DNA of 64,000 bases from Candidatus Saccharimonadales bacterium. GTDB taxonomy: Bacteria; Patescibacteriota; UBA1384; 2-12-FULL-50-11. The notes beneath the pieces were generated by a model, which was given only the letters and a program-made list of their open reading frames with translations, did not search any database and was not told where the DNA came from. Positions 25,185 to 32,110 of the stretch are shown piece after piece; position 1 is the stretch's first letter, and each line of letters starts with the position of its first letter. The stretch covers positions 85,514 through 149,513 of the forward strand of contig DATIHX010000003.1 in the NCBI GenBank assembly GCA_035480235.1. Direction: 5' to 3'. A program made the translations under genes and the position numbers.

Positions 25185-25565
25185 CTACTTGGCCGCTTTA
25201 ACCATCTGCATCAGGCCAAAAACGTTGCCGTCGGGATCGGCCATGTAGCACCAGATCATCTTGTCTTCTGGGCCCATGTCCATCGTCGCTTTTTCTTTGA
25301 CGATTTTGCCGCCGTTGTCGGTGACGTCTTTCATCGTCACGTCGATGTCTTCGGTCTCAATTGTGTTAATGGTCTTTTCGTTCTCATAACGCTTCATGAT
25401 GCCGCCGAAAATGGCGCCCTCCGAGCGGTCGGCTTCTTTACCAACGATCCAGTAATCGGAGCCGGGCCATTCTTTTATCTCCCAGCCGAGGGCTTTCTGA
25501 TAAAACTCAGACAATTTCTTGGGGTCTTCCGAACCAATTTCGAAGTGAACAACTTTGTTTTTCAT
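25185..25565 (-). CDS. VOC (glyoxalase/bleomycin-resistance) family protein
   Basis: VVHFEIGSEDPKKLSEFYQKALGWEI… …DPDGNVFGLMQ is the VOC pattern. Confidence 0.75.
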   Translation of the reverse strand: MKNKVVHFEIGSEDPKKLSEFYQKALGWEIKEWPGSDYWIVGKEADRSEGAIFGGIMKRYENEKTINTIETEDIDVTMKDVTDNGGKIVKEKATMDMGPEDKMIWCYMADPDGNVFGLMQMVKAAK

Positions 25566-25616
25566 TGAGGAAATTATCCCCTAGGCGAGGGTTGAAGGCA
25601 ATAGAAGATTCCTAGT

Positions 25617-26318
25617 TTAAGAATATTCTCCGTGCAACTCAGTGATGAACTGGTTGAAAAGCGGGTAAGCTTTGTCGAAGAGAGCTTGGTCCCAGTGGTT
25701 GTGCTTAAGCTTTTCTAAAGGTTCAACAATTGGCTTTATCCGGGGGTTGGCAGACGCGTGAAGTGCGGTGTATGAAAATGGATATTTGTTTGTGGCTTGG
25801 TCTAGGTAGTAACAGACGCGGTAAAGCGCCTTACAGTAATAGTAGTGGGCCTGTTCTTGCTTTTCACCTACTGCGCGATAATGGCGATCGTAAATCTCTT
25901 TGAGTTTGAAGGCTACAGCTTCTTGTGGCGTTAGATCCCTTAACGGAAAGTCACTACGAACAAACTTCTGGCCAGCCACGTGCGTCCAGGCTGGAAAGTC
26001 TAGGAGTAATAATCGCGGATGGATTATGCCGCCCATCCAGCTTTTGGGCTTGCCTGTCCGCAGTTCGCTTAAATATAAAACTCTCAAACCAGGGTCGTTA
26101 GCTTCGGGAGTATAGCGTCTAACTATTTCGTCCAGAATGGCAAAGTCTTTTTCATTAGCTTCGTCGCTAATAATGCCCATAATATCTAAATCGCTCTTCG
26201 AAGGGTTGTAATCGACTGTTACCGCTGAGCCCCAGGCGTATAAGGAAAGTAGGCCTTTTGGCCGCCAATCTTGATAAAGCTTCTCGAGTCCCGGGGTAAC
26301 TTTAGGCGCATTAAACAT
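25617..26318 (-). CDS. Nucleotidyltransferase-domain protein (ANT-like)
   Basis: LYAWGSAVT…SDLDIMGII is a minimal NTase GS…DxD motif, followed by a helical C-terminal domain. Confidence 0.5.
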   Translation of the reverse strand: MFNAPKVTPGLEKLYQDWRPKGLLSLYAWGSAVTVDYNPSKSDLDIMGIISDEANEKDFAILDEIVRRYTPEANDPGLRVLYLSELRTGKPKSWMGGIIHPRLLLLDFPAWTHVAGQKFVRSDFPLRDLTPQEAVAFKLKEIYDRHYRAVGEKQEQAHYYYCKALYRVCYYLDQATNKYPFSYTALHASANPRIKPIVEPLEKLKHNHWDQALFDKAYPLFNQFITELHGEYS

Positions 26319-26883
26319 TCTGAACTTCTGAATGGCGGAAACAGCTGACCAGATGATCGTTGACTAAGCCGGCACCTTGCATAAAGGCATAGCAAATTGT
26401 GCTGCCGCAAAATTTGAAGCCGCGTTTTTTCATGTCAGCACTGAGGGTGTCAGATTCTGGTGACGTGGCGCCAATTTCCGAATCCTTAGAGTGGCGATGA
26501 ACGAGCGGCTGACCACCAACGAATTGCCAGAGGTACTTACTGAAACTGCCAAATTCTTTTTGAATTTCTAGAAACTTTTGGGCGTTGGTGATGGTGGCGC
26601 GGATTTTCAATTTGTTGCGGATAATCGCGGCATCTTGCTCTAATTCCCGTATGCGTTCAAGCGCATACAGCGCAATTTTCCCGGGTTCAAAGTTGTCAAA
26701 AGCCTTTCGAAAGCCTTCGCGTTTGTTCAAAACGATTTGCCAACTCAGGCCGGCCTGAAACGTATCTAAGACCACGTATTCAAAAAGTTTTCGGTCATCG
26801 TAACACGGTACGCCCCATTCTTCGTCGTGGTACTTAATCATTAACTCGTTGCTACCCGGCCAGCTGCAGCGTTCTTTAGGCAT
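26311..26883 (-). CDS. tag: DNA-3-methyladenine glycosylase I
   Basis: CSWPGSNELMIKYHDEEWGVP…FEYVVLDTFQAGLSW is the Tag signature. Confidence 0.9.
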   Translation of the reverse strand: MPKERCSWPGSNELMIKYHDEEWGVPCYDDRKLFEYVVLDTFQAGLSWQIVLNKREGFRKAFDNFEPGKIALYALERIRELEQDAAIIRNKLKIRATITNAQKFLEIQKEFGSFSKYLWQFVGGQPLVHRHSKDSEIGATSPESDTLSADMKKRGFKFCGSTICYAFMQGAGLVNDHLVSCFRHSEVQNV

Positions 26884-26948
26884 GTGGGCAGTGTAACAAA
26901 TTAGTTCACCACCTGAAAAATGCGCGCATAACTGGTAGAATTACCGAG

Positions 26949-27908
26949 ATGAAGGGCCAGAATATCTACCAGCAGTTGCCGCGACCGTTTTTTGTTTTGG
27001 CGCCGCTGGACGACGTCACCGACACGGTTTTCCGGCAGATCGTTATTAGGGCCGCGCGGCCGGATTTGATGGTGACCGAGTTCGTCAACGCCGACGGCTT
27101 TTGTTCAAAGGGCCGCGATAAAGTGGCGCAAAAGTTGCGGTTTACCCCGGCCGAGCAGCCGCTAATCGCCCAAATTTGGGGTTTGAAGCCGGAGAACTTT
27201 TACGAAACGGCTAAGGCGGTTAAAGAAATGGGTTTTGTTGGCATCGATCTTAATATGGGCTGCCCCGAGCGCAAAGTCCTCAAGCGCGGCGCCTGTGCGG
27301 CCTTAATTAGCAACCCCAGTTTGGCGGCCGAGATGATCGCGGCGGTGCGCCGAGCCGTCGGCCCGGATTTTCCGGTCAGCGTCAAAACTCGCATCGGTTT
27401 GAAAGAAATTATCACCGAGGAGTGGATCGGCTTTTTGCTGGCCCAAAACCTCGACGCCCTGACTGTTCACCTCCGGACAGCGGCCGAGATGAGCTTGGTC
27501 CCAGCCCACTACGAAGAGTTAGCGAAAGTAGTGGCGCTCCGCAATAAAATTGCGCCGAAAACCGTCATTATTGCTAACGGCGACATCGCTACCACGGCTG
27601 AAGGCCGGGCGCTCGCTAAAAAATATGGTGTTGAGGGCGCGATGATCGGCCGCGGCATTTTTCACAATCCGTTCGTTTTTGCCAAAGATGGCAAAGTGCC
27701 GACCCAACAGGAACTCTTTTCTTTACTGCTCGATCACCTCAATTTGCACGAACAAACCTGGGGCAATGCCAAGACCTACCAACCGCTCAAACGCTTTTTC
27801 AAAATTTACGTCAAAGACTTTGACGGCGCCGCCGCCCTGCGCGATGCCCTCATGAAAACCACCGCTCACCAACAAGCTCGGGAGTTGATTTTGCAAAGTG
27901 TTAGCTGA
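26949..27908 (+). CDS. tRNA-dihydrouridine synthase
   Basis: FVLAPLDDVTDTVFRQI…, …GIDLNMGCP…, …VSVKTRIG… are Dus-family motifs. Confidence 0.85.
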   Translation: MKGQNIYQQLPRPFFVLAPLDDVTDTVFRQIVIRAARPDLMVTEFVNADGFCSKGRDKVAQKLRFTPAEQPLIAQIWGLKPENFYETAKAVKEMGFVGIDLNMGCPERKVLKRGACAALISNPSLAAEMIAAVRRAVGPDFPVSVKTRIGLKEIITEEWIGFLLAQNLDALTVHLRTAAEMSLVPAHYEELAKVVALRNKIAPKTVIIANGDIATTAEGRALAKKYGVEGAMIGRGIFHNPFVFAKDGKVPTQQELFSLLLDHLNLHEQTWGNAKTYQPLKRFFKIYVKDFDGAAALRDALMKTTAHQQARELILQSVS

Positions 27909-27975
27909 GCAAAAGAAGCATAACAACTTCATCGCGCCGTTTTTGAATTAAAAAACCCGCCGAAGCGGGTAGGGT

Positions 27976-28479
27976 TTACGTCGGAACGGCGACGAATTTT
28001 CCGAGAAGGGTCTGGATGAAGTCTAGCTCCTTGTCGAGAACGGTCGGCGGTTGGTCGGCGGCTAATCCGAGGCTGCGGAAGGCATCGCCCACTTTTTTCG
28101 ATCGGCCCAGTTGTTGCTCGGTTATCTCCCAAGAAGCTGCGACCGTCTTAGCCAAATAGGCGTAAGAAGCGATTAGTCCAATAAACGGGTAGGCGCCAAG
28201 GCCGGTTGCGCCCTGGGCGTGAGCTTCTAGCATTTGCCAAAACTCGACAGTCTGTGGCGTGGCCGACTCATTGACAGGGTTACCAGCGATCAGCTCACTC
28301 ATATCGTCGTCGAGAGTTGTCGAGTAAACGCCCAAGTCTGTCCACTGAAAGTTATAACTTCCGCGTTGGGCGTCACGCGACTGGATCAGATACGCCAAAT
28401 GGTGAAAAGCCTCGCGACCGACCGCTAACTTCAATCGTTGGCAGCCAAATAATGAGAAGGTTGACTTGAGGGGGTTCAT
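27976..28479 (-). CDS. Hypothetical protein
   Basis: GGAG lies 6 nt upstream of the ATG (MNPLKST…). No motif recognised. Confidence 0.5.
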   Translation of the reverse strand: MNPLKSTFSLFGCQRLKLAVGREAFHHLAYLIQSRDAQRGSYNFQWTDLGVYSTTLDDDMSELIAGNPVNESATPQTVEFWQMLEAHAQGATGLGAYPFIGLIASYAYLAKTVAASWEITEQQLGRSKKVGDAFRSLGLAADQPPTVLDKELDFIQTLLGKFVAVPT

Positions 28480-28531
28480 TTTTACTCCAAGGTGCGAGAT
28501 TGTCGACAAACTAGCAGAAGCTAGCGTCTAG

Positions 28532-28620
28532 CGGAAGGGGAGGGATTTGAACCCTCGATGCCCTTGCGGGCATACGACATTTCCAATGTCGCGCAATAAG
28601 CCGGGCTATGCGACCCTTCC
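28532..28620 (-). tRNA. tRNA-Ser (anticodon GGA)
   Basis: Cloverleaf read by hand: acceptor GGAAGGG/CCCTTCC, anticodon stem CGACA/TGTCG with loop TTGGAAA, a long variable arm (GCCCGCAAGGGC), T-arm GAGGG-TTCAAAT-CCCTC, and discriminator G. Confidence 0.9.
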
Positions 28621-28665
28621 AGTTCTCTGTATTTTACCCGATTTTTAGGGTAAATTCACCATAGA

Positions 28666-30498
28666 ATGGGCAATGAAGTTGAAGAAGTTAAGGCGCGGGT
28701 AGACTTGGTAGATTTGGTCAGCCAATACGTCACCTTGAAAAAGGCCGGCGCCAACTACAAAGGTAGCTGTCCGTTCCACCAGGAGAAAACGGCCTCGCTG
28801 ATGGTCAGCCCCCAAAAACAGATTTGGAAATGTTTTGGCTGCGGTAAAGGCGGCGATGCGTTCAAATTCGTGATGGAAATTGAGCATTTAGAGTTCGGCG
28901 ACGCGCTTAGAATGCTGGCTCAAAAAGCCGGGGTGACGCTTCAGCCGCGAACAAAAGCCGAACATCAAACCCAGGGACGGAAAGAAAAACTTTACCGGAT
29001 TAATAATTTAGCCAGCCTGGTTTGGCAAAAACTGCTCTGGGAGGGCGAAGCCGGCCAAGCGGCGCTCGGTTATTTAAAAAACCGCCAAATTACCGAACAA
29101 ACCATTAAACTTTTCCGCCTCGGTTGGGCGCCGAAAAACTTAAACTTACGAACATTAATGGCTAAGCACGAAGTAACCGCTGGCGACCTCAGCACCGCCG
29201 GTAACCCAGAAAAGTTTTACGAACGAATAATGTTCCCGATTTTTGACGTGCTGGGTAACGTCATCGCTTTCACCGGCCGAACTCTGGGCGACGGCCAACC
29301 CAAGTACTTAAACTCGCCGGAGACGCCGCTCTACGCCAAAAGCCGGGTTTTGTACGGGCTAAATTTCGCCAAAGCCGGCATTAAAGAAAAGAATTACGTG
29401 GTTTTAGTGGAGGGCCAGATGGATGTAGTGGCCCTGCATCAAGCCGGCGCCACCAACACCGTTGCCAGCTCCGGCACAGCGATTACCGAATCGCAATTAA
29501 TTATTCTGAGCAAATACACCGATAGTTTCTTGCTGGCCTTTGACGCCGACGCCGCCGGCATTAACACTACTAAAAAAGTCATCGAGCTGTGTTTGAAAAA
29601 CGACCTTAACGTTAAAGTGGCCGATTTCGGCGAGTACAAAGACGCCGGCGAACTGCTGGCGAATGACCCGAAAGCCTGGCCCGACAAGGTTAAAACGGCC
29701 GAGGAAGCGGTCGAGTGGTTGCTGCAAAAAGAAATCGCCCAAATTGGCGAGCCGCGGTTTGTGGAAAACAAAAAAGCGCTCATCAAAGCGTTATTGCCGG
29801 TGCTGGCGCTGATTAGTGAACCGACCCGGCTGGACCACTACGTCGCCCGCCTCGGCCAAGCGATGGAGGTGAAGCCGGAAGCGCTTTACGAGTCACTCAA
29901 AAGAGTTAAATCCCAAATCCCTTCGTTGGGAAACTCCACGTTGGAGCGAAGCGAAAAAAATCCCAAATCCCAAACAAACTCCAATACTCAAACCGTCAAT
30001 TCTAAAATAATTCTCACCCCCGAAGAGCAGCTGCTGGCGCTTTTCCTCCATCGCCCCAGCCTGCTGGATAAACACCGCCAAGCTTTTGATGAGATCGTTT
30101 GGCAGAGCGCCGAGGCTGACCGGATTGCCAATGTCATCGGAAGTTGTTACAATGACAAGACTTTGGTGAAAAACTCGGCTCAGTTCTCAGCCCGGGTGAA
30201 AACTACTCTAAACTCACAACTAGATGAGAAAATCTCGTCGAATCCTCAAAATTCCCCCACTCCTGAAGAAAAACTCGACGGTTGGCAGTTTTGGCTTTCC
30301 AGCGCCTGGCCAAACCTCGACGACAACTTAGCCGACGAACTCGTCGCCGAAAAAATCGGCCAATTAGCGACCAAATCATACGAGCACAGCAAAGAAAAAT
30401 TGGCTCAAGCGATTCGGGTCGCCCAAGAAAAAGATGACGGCGCTGAAATCAAAAAACTGATGCAAAAACTCAACCAACTAACCAAACGCTATGACTAA
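28666..30498 (+). CDS. dnaG: DNA primase DnaG
   Basis: Zinc ribbon (CPFHQEKTASLMVSP…WKCFGCGKGGD), a TOPRIM region (VVLVEGQMDVV…AFDADAAG), and a divergent C-terminus carrying the low-complexity insert. Confidence 0.92.
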   Translation: MGNEVEEVKARVDLVDLVSQYVTLKKAGANYKGSCPFHQEKTASLMVSPQKQIWKCFGCGKGGDAFKFVMEIEHLEFGDALRMLAQKAGVTLQPRTKAEHQTQGRKEKLYRINNLASLVWQKLLWEGEAGQAALGYLKNRQITEQTIKLFRLGWAPKNLNLRTLMAKHEVTAGDLSTAGNPEKFYERIMFPIFDVLGNVIAFTGRTLGDGQPKYLNSPETPLYAKSRVLYGLNFAKAGIKEKNYVVLVEGQMDVVALHQAGATNTVASSGTAITESQLIILSKYTDSFLLAFDADAAGINTTKKVIELCLKNDLNVKVADFGEYKDAGELLANDPKAWPDKVKTAEEAVEWLLQKEIAQIGEPRFVENKKALIKALLPVLALISEPTRLDHYVARLGQAMEVKPEALYESLKRVKSQIPSLGNSTLERSEKNPKSQTNSNTQTVNSKIILTPEEQLLALFLHRPSLLDKHRQAFDEIVWQSAEADRIANVIGSCYNDKTLVKNSAQFSARVKTTLNSQLDEKISSNPQNSPTPEEKLDGWQFWLSSAWPNLDDNLADELVAEKIGQLATKSYEHSKEKLAQAIRVAQEKDDGAEIKKLMQKLNQLTKRYD

Positions 30499-30548
30499 AA
30501 AATTATTAATAATCAATACTCAAGTTACAAATAATAACCAATTACTTA

Positions 30549-30569
30549 AATATTCAAATATTGAATATT
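30549..30569. promoter_or_regulatory. Perfect 9-bp inverted repeat upstream of rpoD
   Basis: AATATTCAA-ata-TTGAATATT lies in an AT-rich spacer. It is followed by a direct repeat of TTGCAACTT (30572-30580 and 30586-30594). Confidence 0.4.
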
Positions 30570-30608
30570 ATTTGCAACTTAATTATTGCAACTTGAAAAT
30601 TTCCAAAA

Positions 30609-31733
30609 ATGACTAAAGCCGTCCCTAAAAAAGTCCGCCAAGACGTCGGGTTAGAATTTCCGGATGAATTCATGTACCTCATTCGCAAGGGCCGGGCCCA
30701 CGGCTTCGTCACCTACAAAGAAATCCTCCAAAGCTACCCCGAACCGGAAAACGACGTGGAGATGGTGGATGAATTCATGCGCTACTTGGGCCACATCGGT
30801 GTGGAAATCCGCGAGCCCAAAGCCATGTTGGAGATCCCGGAGGCCAACCCAACCGGCAAAAAGAAAGTCGTGAAAGACGAAGACCTGACGGGTTTGAGCG
30901 AGGATTCGGTGCGGATGTATTTGCGGGAGATCGGCGCTTATCCGCTGCTCTCCGGCGACGAAGAAGTTCGGCTAGCCAAACGGATTGAGCGCGGCGACAA
31001 ATCGGCGAAACGAAAGTTAGCGGAAGCCAACTTGCGGCTGGTAGTCTCGATTGCCAAAAAATACATCGGCCGCGGCCTGACACTTTTAGATCTTATTCAA
31101 GAAGGTAATTTAGGCCTCCACCGGGCAGTGGAAAAGTTTGACCACCGTAAAGGCTTCAAGTTTTCCACCTACGCCACCTGGTGGATCCGCCAAGCCATCA
31201 CCCGGGCGATCGCCGACCAAGCCCGGACGATCCGCATTCCGGTGCACATGGTGGAAACCATTAACCGGTATATGCGCACTCAGCGCGAGCTCCAGCAAGA
31301 ACTGGGCCGCGAGCCGACCCACGACGAACTGGCCAAAAAACTCGGCATCGAGATCGACAAGCTCGAACATATTATGAAAATTTCCCAGGAAACCGTTTCC
31401 TTGGAATCCCCGGTCGGCGAAGACGGCGACTCCACTTTGGGCGAATTCTTGGAAGACAAAATGGCCGCTTCACCAGAAGAACAAGCGATTTACCAGTTGA
31501 TGAAAGGCCACGTCGAGGAATCCTTGTCGGTTTTAACGCCGCGCGAACAGAAGATTTTGCGGATGCGCTTTGGCCTGGATTCCGACGCCGCTACCGGCCG
31601 CACCCACACTTTGGAAGAAGTTGGTAAAGAGTTCGGCGTCACCCGCGAACGGATCCGCCAAATTGAAGCCAAAGCCCTCCAAAAACTAAAAAAACACGAA
31701 GAAGCTTCAAAGCTTAAAGACTACTTGAGTTAA
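30609..31733 (+). CDS. rpoD: RNA polymerase sigma factor RpoD (sigma-70, primary)
   Basis: Region 2 (…[30 protein letters not shown]…) and region 4 (…[24 protein letters not shown]…). The gene lies downstream of dnaG. Confidence 0.95.
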   Translation: MTKAVPKKVRQDVGLEFPDEFMYLIRKGRAHGFVTYKEILQSYPEPENDVEMVDEFMRYLGHIGVEIREPKAMLEIPEANPTGKKKVVKDEDLTGLSEDSVRMYLREIGAYPLLSGDEEVRLAKRIERGDKSAKRKLAEANLRLVVSIAKKYIGRGLTLLDLIQEGNLGLHRAVEKFDHRKGFKFSTYATWWIRQAITRAIADQARTIRIPVHMVETINRYMRTQRELQQELGREPTHDELAKKLGIEIDKLEHIMKISQETVSLESPVGEDGDSTLGEFLEDKMAASPEEQAIYQLMKGHVEESLSVLTPREQKILRMRFGLDSDAATGRTHTLEEVGKEFGVTRERIRQIEAKALQKLKKHEEASKLKDYLS

Positions 31734-31783
31734 ACCCTTCTCTCGTCGCCTCCTTGTGCTACAGTGGGTAGAGATGGAGGGAC

Positions 31784-32110
31784 ATGGCACTACCAAGCCT
31801 TGAAGAAATATTAGAAAAAGACATTTTTGAACTCCTCGGGGTGGAAGGAGCCAGCGACGACCGCAAAAAAGCCTTGCTCGACCAAATGACTCAAACGGTT
31901 GAGCTAAGGGTTGTTAACCGAGTAGCAACAATGCTCAGCGAGAATGACGCCGAAAAATTCCAAGATATCGCCGAAACTGGTGACAGCCAAAAGCTCGTTG
32001 ACTTTCTAGTTGACAAAGAAATTGACCTGCCGCAAATTGTCAGCGAAGAAGCCACTAAGCACCGAGTGGAAGTAGTGGAGCTGGTTAAGCTCGCTGAAGA
32101 GAAGGACTAA
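31784..32110 (+). CDS. Hypothetical small acidic protein (108 aa)
   Basis: Its stop overlaps the start of the next gene (TAATG). No motif confidently recognised. Confidence 0.55.
   Translation: MALPSLEEILEKDIFELLGVEGASDDRKKALLDQMTQTVELRVVNRVATMLSENDAEKFQDIAETGDSQKLVDFLVDKEIDLPQIVSEEATKHRVEVVELVKLAEEKD

Noticed and set aside
19700-28620. Genomic island integrated at the 3' end of tRNA-Ser(GGA).
   Set aside because: I found no integrase or recombinase and no direct repeat of the tRNA 3' end at the distal border. The housekeeping tag and dus genes lie between the AT-rich block and the tRNA. The compositional island is reported, but tRNA-targeted integration is unsupported.
6728-30000. The AAATCC-type short repeats as a CRISPR array or tandem-repeat locus.
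   Set aside because: The copies lie inside three different long ORFs, in frame, tens of kb apart, and do not show a regular repeat-spacer periodicity. There is no CRISPR array anywhere in the window.
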